In this document: positions 35,004 through 52,287 of the stretch, one piece after another
Numbering within the stretch: the first letter of the stretch is position 1
Layout: every line of letters starts with the position of its first letter
Origin: Syncephalis fuscata S228
Lineage: Eukaryota; Fungi; Zoopagomycota
Direction: 5' to 3'
Assembly: GCA_025786725.1 (NCBI GenBank)
Contig: JAHLTZ010000021.1
Span: 186,001-250,000, forward strand
Length of the DNA: 64,000 nucleotides
Program-made: the position numbers and the translations under genes
Notes under the pieces: generated by a model
Databases searched by the model: none
What the model was told of the DNA's origin: nothing
Seen by the model: the letters and a program-made list of their open reading frames with translations, nothing else

Positions 35004-37131
35004 CTAAGTTTTTGTTGTATCTTCATGTCCTGCCAGAATGGTTGAAATACGTGACGACGATAAACCAAATTGCGGTCCAATAGATCGTATTAAGGTGCGT
35101 ACTTGCGGCATTTGAACAAGTACACCCGCCTCGTAAGGACAGTCAAGTTTAATGCTATTTGAAATGGCCGGTCGTATACCCAGGCTGCTTACAATGGCCA
35201 AATCGACCTTGGCGTCGTATTCAAGCAATAGTTTGCGTTTAGCATTGCCTGTGACGCCACAAGCATCGATGAATTCGTAAAAGGCCGGTATTTGTTCCTG
35301 TTGGTTTGTATTAAAACTAAGTAGGAAATAGAGTTTGAAATTTGTACTGGCTCGACCGGGGAAAGTGATTTCAGAGGGAAGTGATCCATAACCAACCGGT
35401 ATACGCGTTGTATTGCTGGTCTTATTGTTAGATGCAGTATTTGCCGTGGCCGACTTGGAAAGGTTGCCCATATTAGTAGGACTCAGATATCCCTGTATTC
35501 ATTGTTAATAAACGGCTATGATTTTATCACTATGCTACTTACATTTACTGTAATATTGTTTACTCTTAAACTAATGTAGTTTTCACTCTTCACGTTAAGT
35601 ACAAATGCTACATTCATTGAAACTGTGCCATTCTTCCAGGTAGGCAGCTCTGGCTGCTCACCCACTGCCTGGTTACTTGGATTCAATGTACTCATGCTAG
35701 CATTGACGAATTGGACATCTGGTACACGAGGCCATAAGAAGTAGCCAGCTAGTGCGACAATAGCCCCCAGTACACAAAGTATAATAAGGGTGGTGCAACA
35801 ACAGCCACGTCGTGTTGCACAACAGCTGCGGAAGCAACAGCAGCAGAATAGCATATAGAAGAACTGGCTGCAAAAGGAGCGGCCTCGCTTTGACTTACGA
35901 TCAGCCTTTGAACCCATGTACGTTGGCATGGGATGCATATACGGCTGGCTATTGCTAATGGGTGCAGTGCTACTATGTAAATCACGCATTGGCATAGTCG
36001 GTGACGTTATAGGATTGTTCGATGCATGTTCATGTGTGGCGATATCGGCCCTTGTTGCGGATGATAATGGTTGTGCGTAGCAATGGGTGCCGGTGGTGCC
36101 GCCCTTGGAGGATACTGACTTGACTCAGTAAAGGGAGGTGGCACCGGGGAAGCAGGCTGGTCGCGCCAAGAGTTTTGGTGCAAGTCTTCGGCTGTATGCG
36201 AGACCCAGCGATTTGAAGTGGCACCAATAGGCGTGGCCTGGATGGTTCGCGATTGTGGTGCCGATTGTAACATGGCATTTACGGGAAGGCCAGCCTCACT
36301 ATAGAGTGAACCTTGGGTACGATACGGCTGTCCATAAAGTCCTACACCATTTGATGGCCTTCTAGTTAATGAAGTAGCATTTTGCTCAGTAGAAACTGGC
36401 GTCGATGCATTACCAAAAACACGCTGTGTACGTGGCTCTTTATACTGATTTGCCGATAAGCCATGCTCTTCATCGTTGTTATCGTCGTTCAGATATCGCC
36501 GTTGCGATCCCTGTGACCTTGATGAACTTGGTGGTGACAATTGAGGTGTAGGTACCCGCCTCACCTGCTCGTCCATCTCTTGATATTGATTGCGCTGTGA
36601 TGTTTGATGATACTGTGTCGCTTCGGGTTCACGTGTGGCAGAATAGCCTGCTGCATTATGTCGATAATCCGGTCTAGATGGATAGTTGTAGTCATTACTA
36701 CTAGGTGGTTTAGGCTGAAATGGCTGCATATGAGTTGAATGAGGTGGAGTTATTGGTGCATTGGCCGGTGGATAAGTATTTAAACCATTTGGGTCGCGAT
36801 GGCCGCCATTACTGTTGTTATGGTGATAATAGGTAGGCGATGTAGACTCATCCGATTCCACCATATTGTCATGGCATTGCTCTGTTGCACGGATAGCATT
36901 AGACGACACTGGTGGTGATCTTGGTCCATTTGATGATGGTTTACGGTTCAATGGAACAGCCCAGCTATCAACAGGAGCACGTGGTGATCGACCAGCTGCA
37001 CCAGTATTTATATTTCTATTATGGCTATTACCATCATTCTTGCTGCTCATCGGCAACATCCAACTGTCTACTTGGCGTCGATTGGCGTCATTCTTATCGT
37101 TAGTAGGTAGTATCCAGCTATTATCCCGCAT
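35004..37131 (-). CDS. Type II membrane protein: disordered N-terminus, Cys-rich juxtamembrane segment, TM helix, LEA_2-like luminal domain (frameshift near 36005, intron 35540-35494)
   Basis: CCCCFRSCC..GCCC + TM + FLWPRVPDVQF; NVKSENYISLRV; FIDACG; LEYDAKV; CP. Confidence 0.75.
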
Positions 37132-40048
37132 AACTACTAAGATGTAATAAAGTGCTTTTTTGTTTTTCGGAAACTATCGCCTAACGTGTAACAACGCTAT
37201 AGCGTATAAATTCTCGACGATCAACGCTGAATTAATAATCAATAAAATATCAACGGCCACTACAACACAATGATTGCCTATAACCAATGTGTAACGGTCA
37301 GTTGAGTAACTAATACACAGTAGAATTATTACTGGTTACTAAAGCCGTACAATTTGAATCTACAGTCGATTGATCAATAATGATTTTTTGATGCTGACAA
37401 TAGGAACAAATAATGCTGGCTTGGCTATATAAAAGTCTGGTGGTTACTTGGTGTAAAAGTAATTTGATCTTCCTGTAAATATAATTGTTAATAATATGTA
37501 ATAGAAAAGGAATAGATCAATAAGCAACAAAATATCAAACTGAATTAAATTGTAGTGTTTGTAAGAATCGCATTGCTTATTTAACTAACTAGCTAACTAA
37601 CTAACTAGCTAGCTAGTAATTATAACTAAAATTATATTAAAGCTGATATTGCGTTGCACTTTATCCAAGTTAATAAAACTATCAATGGATAATATGCCAA
37701 ATTAAAAAGGAAAAATAAGCTACGGCGTTGTATATGATAGTAGATAGTGATACTAGACGAGTGAATACACTAAAGAAATAGTAGCGGTACTAACAATGTG
37801 AAAACAAGCAAACCAAATAATAATAACAACAATCGCCGTACAAGGAGAGGGGAGAACAAAGCGGTGAAAAGGAGAGTAACAAGCAAAATGGCCGATAACG
37901 AATATGACTTTAGTATGAAAGACGCAATACAATCAACGAGCGGGCCAGTGTGTGGAGAATAAAAGAGCAGTCAGCCAGGCTGTATTAACCGCCTATCGCT
38001 AATAGCTTTAATGACTAGGCAATCTATAACCAAAAGCGGCAATTACTTAATAAGGATATTGGGATCCGTGTCCAGTAACATGAGGTCGGACTAATTAGAA
38101 TGGCAACGGAATGGGCAAAAACTTATTATAGACACTCCACTCACAATTATCTAAAGAAAAAAGAATGGCTCTCAATTGGGCACAACGCCAAATGGAATGA
38201 ATGAGATGGACACTTTGTTTAAAACCGAAATCATTATAAAATGCATGTAGAGAATATAATCTACAAGTGGCAACAAAATACGCAGGGGAAGTATCGATGG
38301 AGTACAAATCATTATGAACAGCAATATCATCATTATGGTATACTAAAGCAGAAGGTCGATCCAGCACACATGTAGTAGATGCGGTGTAAATATTGTACAT
38401 GCATATGCTTATCATCAATGATCACCTTGGCTAAGAGCTTACCTTGGTGGAGTAGCTGTTCTAAGTAAGCAGCTCACAATGTTGTGTGCTTGTGTGTGTG
38501 TAGTGTAAAAGTTTTTGAAATGGTCGTTAAATTTCAAAAGCGACAGCGTAAAAGTAAGTAAAATACGAACTATAGAATAACGAAGTGAGCTGGCTAGTAA
38601 GTACTCACTTTACTTAGCACTGTTTGGAAAAGAAAGAAAAAGGAGCGACAGTGTTTTGTTGTGTTGTTGTTGTTGTTGTGTCGTAGTAGAGTAGTAGTAA
38701 GAATAGTAAGAATAGGAATAGCAGTAAAGTCGTTACAGTTCAATAGTGGCGCAAATAAGGAGCAATAGCAGTGTTGGAGAAAGGGGTTAACTTGTGAACT
38801 TTAAGTGTGTTGCTCCATTAGACAGAAATGGCTGCATATTGGCAATTCTTCAACAAGGAGAACGGTAACCCGTCGTGGATTTGTTTCATCGTGGTAAGCC
38901 CTTGCCCTTTTTAGTTTCATCGTGCTCAAGCAACGCCTAATCACTTTTATTTATGCTGGACCACAGATACACAACCGTGTACAGTGTATGATGTACAGTA
39001 ATAATGAGAGAGTAAGTGGGCGAGAAGCGAGAAGCAAGGCGCCTTAGCTGTGGCTTTAGATCATGCGTTTTTTTGCATAAACCATTTAATAGTGTCACTA
39101 GTTCTAGTGAACATGGGCCAAATGATGAGTTTTATTAATGATCAAATCACTACATTGTATTGTGATTTGGTGGTCAACTGGCATATTAAAAACATTCACG
39201 CAATTGAACTGCAAATTCGTTCTGTTGAACATGATGATGGGTGGTGAGTGACATCAGTCATCAAATATTCATCATTGTAGATCTATTATCCAGTATGCAT
39301 ATATTCAGTACACATATATATTTTATTTACCTATATCATTCTGTTCTATTCTATACTGATATATATCACTCTATACTTGCTTAGCCTTCCTCTATCCAAA
39401 ACTGTTTTTATTTTTGTTCTAGCGCTATTATTAATAAAGCTCAACTCAATTAACAAGTATAAAAATTCACAAACTTTAAAATTAAAAGTTAAAAATGAAA
39501 TGGTACATAGCATGTATTTATTAGTGCAATAGCACTAGTACAATTAAATAAAACAATTAACTAAATAATTATTGATACCGTTGCTAAAATAGCTAACATG
39601 GTTGTAATTGTAGTGAATGTAACTTATTGTAATATGCTAATATTCAATCAATATTTCTATACATGGCCAACAACAATAACAATGATCGACCTTGAATGTT
39701 CCAATGAAATCAAATAGTATGTTACATTATTTATTTAAATTAATTTATTAACAATATTTTAATAAAAAGTAATATAACTATGTTGCGTATAACAACAGTA
39801 TGACTTCAATTGGGATAAATTTAGATCATAGTTATTGTTTGCCATTGAAATCACATCTCTTATCGCTCTTATAGTGTGTATGCGTGTTGTATCTGCTCCT
39901 TCTTACTTTTCCACTCTCTGATTCCAATCAGATCTATTGTCTCCACCTACTTATACACCTGATTGTGTATCTGTGTACGTGGCCTTCTTTCTACTGTCTC
40001 TTTTTCTGTACGTGCGTGCCTGTGTGTCTAGTGGACTGATCGGACAAT

Positions 40049-42052
<2,004 letters not shown>

Positions 42053-42594
42053 GCTTAATTAAAGTTATATTCAATACTTGGCCCATCTACATACATTATA
42101 AACACCTGCCATATTGATATTGATTTTATGATAGCTATAGTCATTATTACAACAATGACGTATATTAGTTATTATTACTAATTAGTTGTTTATATTATTG
42201 AATCATACTATTGATCAATAGTCAGTCAAGGTGTAATTTGGCATGGTTACATTGTTATTACCATCCATCAATCTATCTATCGAGCTGTGTATCTATCGAT
42301 CTATCTGTTTGTTTATTTAATCAACTGGTTTCTATACAATAGACCCATAGCCATGATATCATAGTATAATAAGTGTTCCTATAATTGTTTACTTACTTTA
42401 TATGGATGTAGAGGGGTGTATGTCTATTATTGTTGTCATTAATAGGATCTTCTCTAAATGGTGGTATGCATGCGTGTGAATACGAGTATTTGTAAATACG
42501 TATTTGTAATTGTGTATTTGTCTATTAAATACACTACTCTTCTTTCTCTTCACCCTTTCACATCTCATTTTCACCCTTTTCTACTATTACAATT

Positions 42595-42653
42595 ACACAC
42601 ACACACACACACACACATATCCCCTTTTAGTGTTTTACTCTCTCTCTCTCTCA
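42595..42653. repeat. (CA)n and (TC)n microsatellites upstream of CDC4
   Basis: acacacac... at 42595-42617 and tctctc... at 42639-42652. Confidence 0.9.
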
Positions 42654-43588
42654 CTTCTCACTTACCTCTCACTCTTTCATTCATCATCTGTCTTGGTTTC
42701 ATCATACTATTAACAAACAAATACCAATTATTATAACTGCACCTGTGGTTATATAAGCACTTTAACCATATAACCATATACTTTGGGTTTACTATTGTGT
42801 TATAAGACGGGAAATAGCTTTACACTGGGGTCGAATTCTCAAAGCACACCTGTCCACGTCTCCTCCTTCTCCTCGCTGTCAAACGCATCACTTTCGTTCT
42901 TTTTTTACTCTTTACTGCCTACGTATTTGATATAGCACAAGTGGAATCGACGCTTTCATCTTTACTTTCAGTTTATTTCTTATTGTTTTATTGCGTGCGT
43001 TTCATTGCGTGTACTACAATACCGTGCCAGTAGGTGTCATCCTCGCGTAAAAAGAACAATTATTAGACACAGGCTATACAATACATACACTTTGATGGTA
43101 AGTTGCGGTTATATGCGGTTATTAAAGGGGCAAACCATGTACTACGGCAAGACCTGCCTGTTTACTTGTTGTATTGCTACAATGGTCACTTGTATTTTGA
43201 TATATACGGTGTACAAAGTAACAAAAACAAAAAGCAGATTTGCATGAATATATGCTTACTATCTGTACACATAACTGGTTGGCAGTAACGGCAAACACTA
43301 TGAATTATCATCATAGAAGCTATTTATTCTATTCTTTCTTCTTACACTGCATATGACTATAGATATTGTAGCCTGGCCAGTGTAAACTTTAATAGTATAC
43401 ATTATTGAATATTTTTATTTTGGCTGCACTCGTAAATTCGTTTCGTTGATTAACAACCATAACAGCGCAGCATCTTATTATAAGATAATTACGAACCATT
43501 TGGTTACTGCCGTATAAAAATCGACACGACGGCCGTCCCAACTATAACCGGAGCAGCAGCAGCAGCAACAACAACTATTTATGCCATC

Positions 43589-45512
43589 ATGGATGGACAA
43601 GTGAACTCTGCCTCGCTATCCGATCCTGCATCTAATAACAGTAATAACTTGATATCGCCGTTAGTTGTACCAGTACCAGTACAGGCATCCTCTGCAGCAG
43701 CTGCAGCAGTTGTTGCGGCAGCGACATCAGCTACCAATAATCCCGCTACTTATACTGGAAGTGTATTAACCTCTCCAATGGCTTCATTAATGCCAAATGC
43801 TACCGTTCATCCCATTGCCGGAACATCAACGGCCAATACAGCGACCAATAATACTGCTACTACTGCACCTAGTGTTCCTGCTCCGCTACTACGTCCACCA
43901 ACACCGCCTAGTCTACCAACACCAACACCCACGGGTATATTGGGTAATGGTGGTCAGCCAACACTAACACCGGCCAATGCGTTAAATATGGATACAGGTA
44001 ATGATTGTGTAGTATTATTTAAATACTATTTACTAACTAATTAAATGATTTAACTAATTGATTTATGAACAGCTTCACCTGCCGTAAGTCCAACACCACC
44101 ACATAATACTTTTCCATCTTATCCAATGTTTTCTGACCAATCATTTCAACAGCAGCAATATTATCAACATCAACAACAAGGATTGCCTACATCTCACTCA
44201 CATGCCAACTATACATCGCTACACGGATCACAATTACCACCTGGATATGTTTATGATCAGACAGCGCCGTATCCACACCCTTCAATGCTACTACCGGAAT
44301 CAAATCAGTCACGGAATGCATCGGATTCAACAGCCACTGTAACTACAGTAGTTACTACCACGACTACCGTAAAGACAAGCTACCCACCTTTGCTATTTCA
44401 CCCACCTCAGGCTAATAGCATGTTAAATGAGGAGCAAATTACCCATGGAACTAGTAAACAGTATCCATTGGCCAGTTTACCGATACCGCGTGCATTGAAG
44501 CGATTTGCAGTTGAATTGCTAAGTGGTGAAGGCGGTCCGCATCCAGGCTATTCAGCAAACCAAGAAGCCAACAAAACGGTGCTTATTCGAGTAAGTTTAC
44601 GTTATTATATATAGCAAGTTGTTTCTAATCGCCAGCGTGTATAGTTTGATGAACAAGAGCTTAAAACGGGAGATGAGAACCAGCCACAAATTACTTCAAT
44701 TCTTAATGGCGTTAATATAAGTTCTATTTTATCGGATGAAGTGTCTAATTTGCCTATTTCAGCCAGAAAGCGTCGCGCCTCGAATGGTAATAATCCAATG
44801 TTTGATGTACATTCCATTACTAATTGTCGAGAAGAACGTATCAATTCAGTACCTGTGTCTTCTGTTGCCGCACATCCGGTTCATACTAGTAATATGGCAC
44901 AAGAAGGTATATTCTCTTCTACAGGCACTCCATATAACACTGGTTTATCCCTTAAAGTACATGAGGCGAATCAGCTGCAACAACAGCAACAGCAACAGCA
45001 ACAGCACAGTAACAATGATAAAGGTACAAAATAGAATTATGATCTAATAATAATATAGCAGGCTAACATTAATTTATTTAATAATCCTACCTTGAATATA
45101 GCAGCCCAACACACGCCAAGTGGGGAAAGATATAACACGGTCTATACAAATCCGACAGATGGTAACACTAGCGTTAGTAATAGTAATAACGATGGCAGTA
45201 ACAATATCAATTCATTGCATCGATCGAAACGTCGTTTGTTAGGATGGAGTACACCAAATCATTTACAGGAAATCACTAGTAATAACGAGAGCAATAGACG
45301 TAATATGGGTATAAGTACTGTTCAAAGCACTAGTTCATCTATGTCTCCCTTTGAAGCTACTGCTACCAATAGTGCCAATAATCACGGTAACAGCACTCCG
45401 CCACATTCAAGTATTAGTCATCCAAGTGGACGGTTTACAAATCATAGCAATACTGCCAGTGCTATTCCGTTGACTACTTCTTTGTCAGCACCTGGTACAA
45501 GCACTACTAACA

Positions 45513-45568
<56 letters not shown>

Positions 45569-48500
45569 AATCATCATAGCAGTAGCAATAGCAATAACAA
45601 TGAGAATATAACATCAGCTCATAGTATAAGCTTTGGAGAGGTTGACCCGGCTACATTGCCGTCTCCAACTATGTCACCAATTACTCGAGTGGATCCATCA
45701 GGTTCATACTTTTCTAATAGTAATGCTGCAACAGGTACATTAACGCCTAGTAATATGCATTCACCACGCTATGGTACTAGTCAGCATGCATCCTATATGC
45801 CAACTATGAACACTAACAATCTAGCGTCATCTGGATCTAATATGATGGTGGCTCGTTCAACGCCACATAATCTTATGGATTTACCTAACATTGCAGCCAC
45901 GTATGAGGCAATGCCCGAATCGTTAAAGGCTTATTTATTGTTTCAATTAATGCGGCGTAGTGCGCTGCCGACACTTCAATTTGTCTGTTCCTACACTCAA
46001 CAGCATATCCGACGTGATTTTATTACTGAACTGCCGAGTGAAGTGGCAATACACATTGTATCACTTCTCGATGCCCATTCGCTATGTCGGTCAGCGCAAG
46101 TTTCTAAATACTGGCGCAAAATGGTTGATAGCGATCCCACAGTCTGGCGCAATCGTCTACTTCTTGACGGTCTATGCGAAACAGAGGCTGAGGCCGATGG
46201 CAACCAATTACGGAAAATTGAAGATATAGATAGACCAGATTATTGGTACATGGGTGGCGGAGATCCGGCACGTGTTTTGAAAGAACTAGAAGCCGACGAT
46301 CTTAGTGGTGATGAACGAACATGGGGCCATGGTGTATCTTCACTGCCAGCTGCAACAGCATTAACTGTTCCAAATGAGCCTGTATTAGCCAATGGAGGAA
46401 ATATGGACATTAATGTGGCTACTGCTGCACTTTCTGTAGAAGCAAATGATCACCAACTACAAGAAGCACAGCAGCAGCAGCAGCAAGATGTACAGGAAGT
46501 GCAGGAAGATGTGCAGGAAGATGCAGAACCACAAGTACAAGAGCAGCATGAAATGCAACATGATCTAGAACCGCAAGTACAAGAACAGCAAATATTGGAA
46601 TTGCAAGTACAAGAACAGCATGAAATGCAACATCATCTAGAGCAGCAAACTCAAGAACAGCAAATATTGGAATTGCAAGCTCAAGAAGAGCATGAAATGC
46701 AACATGATGCTGATCCACGTACACAAGATGATACAGAGCAACATGAGATGCAACATGATATGGAACAAGTACAAGATGATCATGAAGCACAACACGATTT
46801 AGAGCAGCATGAAATGCAACAGGATTTAGAAGAACAGTTGCCAGTAATACAAAATAATACAAATCAAGATCAGTTACCGCTACCTTTACCTTTGTCTATA
46901 CCAATGACCATTCCACTTCACTTCAATCAACCAGCTGAAGTGAATGAAGGCGTTAACCCAGCCGATATTGTACCGCTACCACAACAAGCAGTCGATAATG
47001 CCAATAATACTGACAATATCGACAATGCTAACAACAACGCTACCATCACTACAGAGTCTATAGGACCAGTACAACCATCTATCTACGAAGTTTACAACTC
47101 GACTACATTAAAAGAAAGATATACCAATGCATTAAATGCTGCAGCTGGTAAAACGGGTTTATTACCACTCCCTGATGTAGAAGATCATCTATTGGGACTT
47201 CAAGAATTAGACGGTGACTATTCAGATGGCTCAGATGACGAGTTGGATAGTAAAGATATAAAGGAAAGCCAAGATGTGAAGAAAGAAGATAATAATGAAG
47301 AAGATGTATTATTTTCAGTTGATACAAATCAGTTGGAAGTAACAAGAGATGGCGACGCTACAATGCAAGATAACAATGAAAATGGCGATGATATGATGCT
47401 TATTGATGAGCATGAATCTAAAACAAAGAATGCAGTTAATAGATCATCTCGTCAACATCCATTGCCAATCTATGCAACTCACGCGTATAAACGCCGTTAT
47501 CGCCGACTATTTGTATTAAAATCAAACTGGTACAAAGGAAAATCACGCCATTTGACTTTCCCGGCCCATGGATCCAGTGTAGTCACTTGTCTTCACTTTG
47601 ACGGCAGACGCATTATTACAGGTAGCGACGACTTTAGCGTAGGCGTTTGGGATTCGGCCACTGGTACCTTGCTTCGACACATGACGGGTCACGAGGGCGG
47701 TGTTTGGGCGCTGGCCGTCTGCGGCGATACTGTCGTTAGTGGCAGTACCGATCGTTCACTTCGTGTATGGGATATAGCCGATGGACGGTGCACGCATATA
47801 CTCTGGGGCCATACAAGTACCGTACGATGCTGTAAGATTATTATGCCGCGTCGTATGGCCAATGGCGAGTTATGTCCACGTAAGCCTGTGGTCATTACAG
47901 GCAGTCGTGACATGACAGTACGTGTGTGGTGGCTACCTTCACCGCGTCGCGATCCACCTTGGATGGGCGTTACTGAAAATAACGCAGCCGGTCAAATTAA
48001 TACGCCTCAAACCGACCCATATCTGTTGTACGCATGGCCCGGTCATGGCAACAGCGTACGAGCAGTTGATGGCTGGGGCCGTTGGATTGTCAGTGGCAGC
48101 TATGACTGCACGGTACGCATCTGGGATCTAATTACTGGCGAGTGCCGTTGGCGTCTACTTGGCCATACACAAAAGGTCTACAGCGTTGCAATGATGCCAG
48201 GAGGTGAAGTATGTGCAAGCGGCAGTATGGATGGTACAGTTCGTATTTGGCGCATGTCAGATGGCAGCTGTACATGGCATCTTGAAGGCCATACTTCGTT
48301 GGTTGGCCTATTGGACTTGACGCCAAATCAATTGATATCGGCCGCAGCCGATGCAACCTTACGTATTTGGTCGATGGATTCAGGCCGGTGCAAAACGACT
48401 TTTTACGGCCATACTGGTGCCATTACATGTTTCCAACAAGATGGTCATCGAATTTTATCCGGTTCAGATAGCACGGTAAAGCTATGGGATTTAGATCAAG

Positions 48501-48784
48501 GCCGGTATATTCGCGACGTGCTTAGCGGACTAGCAGGCGTTTGGCAAGTTCGGTTCGATCGACGCCGTTGTGTTGCGGCCGTGCAACGCAATAGTGCCAC
48601 CTGGCTTGAAGTACTTGATTTTGGCCTAGGCTCGGTCAATGACAGTATTGGCAATACGGCTAATGCCCATCGCCGTGCTCGTATTCAACATCCTGCGGTG
48701 GCCGAAAATGTTCTTGTAAGCCAGGAAGGCATCGTATCTGACGGTGCTGATACTACCGGCACTGCCACGACGGCGACCGTATAA
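43589..48784 (+). CDS. CDC4: F-box/WD40 SCF substrate receptor, Cdc4/Fbw7-like, with long low-complexity regions (multi-exon)
   Basis: D-domain LKAYLLFQLMRRS; F-box RRDFITELPSEVAIHIVSLLD; WD40 repeats GHEGGVWAL, SGSTDRSLRVW, GHTSTVRC and GHTSLVGLL. Confidence 0.93.
45514..45558 (+). repeat. (GCT)n coding poly-Ala tract
   Basis: Uninterrupted gct repeats encoding about 15 Ala. Confidence 0.9.
46470..46830 (+). repeat. Coding Q/E/H-rich tandem repeat (QEQHEMQHDLE / QEQQILELQ)
   Basis: cagcatgaaatgcaacat recurs at about 72-bp spacing. Confidence 0.85.
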
Positions 48785-48987
48785 AATACACTGTATCGTT
48801 GTTGTCATTTTCTATTTTCTCTATTTCTTTTTTAAATCTTTTGTTTCTCATTTATTTTATTATTCAATTCACTAGCAAACAAATTACTTTGAACCGTTGC
48901 TATTAGCAATCAATAAACACTGTTTATGTTTTCATTTTAACCTTTTAGTTTTTATTAAACTATACATGTAATCAATGACATATTATC

Positions 48988-51059
48988 TTATGTACGTATT
49001 GGTATATCATCCGATGATATACTAATGCGTACATGAGATGATATAATACCCTGACTGTCGCCGTAATAACCATGTTGCTGTTTAACGCCCAGTATTGGTT
49101 TTGGCTCGTCGATTGTTGGTGTCAAGCCATGACTGATGGATAAAAGCGTATTATCCGTTTGATTAATTGTATTATCGCTTCTGCTGGTTATTGAGAAAGG
49201 AAAGCCCAATCGTGGTCGTCGTGGTTGCTGTTGTTGCTGTCCGCTACCGTTTAATGCTTGACCGGTTGAATTATTAGTGATTTGGGCAGTATGTGTATAA
49301 AATACCGATAATAAAGCAATATTTGAAATGGTAATTGCAAGATGTCCCGTTACAATACGAATTGCATCAGCTGCCACGCCATATCTCCAAATGTACGTGA
49401 TACGTAGACTTTCATTAACAAAATTAATCGAAGCACCAACAAGTGCAATGGCACACACATTGGATATCTAGTAACAACATAAGTATTTGTATTTATAAAG
49501 TATGGTACTATTTGCCAACTTACTAGTCCTAAAGCTTTGCGAGTATTTTTGCTAATATTTAATGTGTTACGCTTTAGCCAAAAGGTGAAGCCTAATAACA
49601 AGAGTGTTATAACAATAATAATAAATTAAAAGTATATTGTACCTACCGTAATAAGCGATAACGAGGATGGTGATTAATTGAACAAATACCATGGATGACA
49701 TGATATAGTTGATTATCTCTCGTGTTCGCTGTGAGTCCGAGATGGCAGTAACAACAGTGAAGATCAAAAGCCATATATTTGTCAGAGTTAGACCAAATAA
49801 AAGCCCAAATTTAACCATTTTAAGTACTAGACTATTTTTAATTTTTGCCAATACATCATGCCTATTGACGTGTTTGTTAATTAATCATTCTATTACAAAT
49901 GTTATTACTTGCCATAGCAAAAGCAATAATTGGAACCCAGTAACCTGCATAAATCCAATAATACGTAGTGCACAAACGTAGAATTGTGATGTTGTGCCCA
50001 TGGGTAAAGCAATTGAAAATACTATGGTAATAACGTTATAAATACTTGCATTAATTAAACTTGCTTCATTTCACTTACGTATAGCAGCAATAAAAGCAAA
50101 AATAAATATAGCAATACGCTGTTTTGACCGCTGTTGTCTAAACCTTAGTAGATAAACAAAGTTTGCTAATCCATATATAGCAAAGCATGCATTAATAACG
50201 GCTAAGATATAAATGAAGGCAAGATAGTAGTTTGAAAGAAAAACATCATTCCATGGGCCAGATTCTGTAGAATTGAAATTAGATAAATAAATATAAGTGG
50301 CATCGACTTACCTTGTTTTACTACAACTGAAATAGGACTATCGACTGTTGTATTTTTAGGCACTACATTCCAATAGTCTTCGATTGGCATAATAGCCATA
50401 TTTACAGGGGGTGCGCCTGCTGGGAAGATCAATTTACGCGAATAGTAATGAGTATGGTGAGGTGCACCAGGAACGGCATATTTATCTGGCGGGAGAAGAT
50501 AGAGTATTGCTGGTAGATTTATACCATCCTTGGCCAGCAAGGATTGACCAAAATCATAGGCAGCAATCCCAGCCTATAAATTATTGTTTGGTATAAAAGT
50601 TAGTTTATCACTTTTAGTACTGTATTATTAAATAAAATTACATACATGTGCTACAGTAATACAGCCGTTAGTGCGAGCATCCGCTGCATTAACAGTTATA
50701 ATAACGCTTTCCGTATAATTTGATGTTGTTCCATTTTGAGCAGTGGAATTATAGAGAAAATTAGGTAACGATGCGGGCACAAGTAATTTACACTTTGCAG
50801 TGCTATCAAATGTTGTTGGCAATAATAGTCCAGTAGCATAATAAGCTTTAACACGCACTTCATATGGATCTTGCGTTGGATAGCTGTAAGTATGACTATG
50901 GCTACTATTGTTAATGCTGCTGCTATTATTATTATTACTATTATTATTAATATTATTACTATGGACAATGTTAAAACTAACAAGTGCGACGGTGAATGGA
51001 AGGAACAATGCAAAAACAACACTTGTTATAAATACAGAGGCACAAAGACGAGATAGCAT
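48988..51059 (-). CDS. Signal peptide + extracellular (PA-like) domain + ~6-7 TM membrane protein, GPCR-like topology (multi-exon)
   Basis: Hydrophobic leader; N-domain with GC; GPWNDVF(F)Q linker; series of TM helices at 49300-50250; polar tail. Confidence 0.6.
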
Positions 51060-52287
51060 GGTAGAAGGAAGCGAGCAAAATGTAAACTACAAACGCCAGG
51101 CATGTAGTAAATGACTGAATTAGAAAAAATAAAGCGCTAGTAAACTAGATACATGGTATATAGGCAGAAAGCAGACCAGTATATAAATACGTCTATCATG
51201 TGGCAAACGGAGCCATTCGTTGCATGTGGCGTATCAACAAACAGGATTATAACACAGGCCGTGTTGTTTCCTATTAAAGAGTCTCGAGTAGCTCAAAGTC
51301 TTTTGAACGGCTGATTCTAGACGCAACTTTACTTTTAAAATGGACAATGCATACGACACTTTGTACCTTTTACACTCATGATGCTTGGTTAATAAATTTA
51401 TTTTACCGATTATTTGACTATACTAAATCCACTAGCCAATGTTTATGGCCAGTACTTTAGGCATGTTGGTGTGATTACAAGGAATTAAAAAAGAAACTGG
51501 CGCGGCATTGGCCACAAATAGACATCCGAATCAGTCATACTTCCGATACTTCCGATGGAATACATGATACCAGCTCACTGTAACAAAGTTACAAGCTACG
51601 ATAAGTTTTAAAAAACAGCAAAACAATAGTAAACGTTTCACTATTTTTGTGAGTAGCGTCGCTTGCTACAGTTACAAGATCAACAAGTAACATTTCAATG
51701 TTGTTAGCCAAAACGAGTAGTTGATTGTGCAAGCCACCTTGAGATATTAATGCAGTCCAGTAATAGTCGGTATCAATGATTTGCACAATCCTGCATGATG
51801 GCAATAGCATCATACAACTTTGGCCCGCCTTAGCACTAGCTGTATTATGTTCATGTGATCACTCACCATAACCTGTTTTATATACCGTCATCCGCCAATT
51901 TTAACTATTGTTTTGTTATGCAATGGCTCAACAATCATCAAGACATTAGGATTCGGCCGATTTAACAAGTATTGTTTCTAGCATAAATAATAAAGGCTTT
52001 GATGAATAAAAGCCATGATTAATGTAGTTACGTCATTTTTAAATTCCATAAACTATATGAACGGTAGACATGTGGCATTCTAGTGCCATGCGAGATGAAG
52101 GATGTAACCTTGGTCTGGACCATATATCCGAATAACACGTGTGCTATTGTTGGATTCGGAAAAACTGACCGAGTAATGGTTTGAATTCAATGGCTGACTG
52201 ATAAAGATTACTTAATGACACGTTAAATAAATGACCATCCGACTTTTTTATCTTTCCTCGCTGTTATCCATTGTTTTATTTGCAAAC

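Noticed and set aside
37200-40040. Short ORFs (38095-38418, 39050-39247) in the long intergenic region
   Set aside because: No motifs or coding bias; probably UTR, intron or promoter sequence with simple repeats.
42458-43288. Short ORFs upstream of CDC4
   Set aside because: Derived from microsatellites and a probable 5' UTR intron (about 43098-43372).
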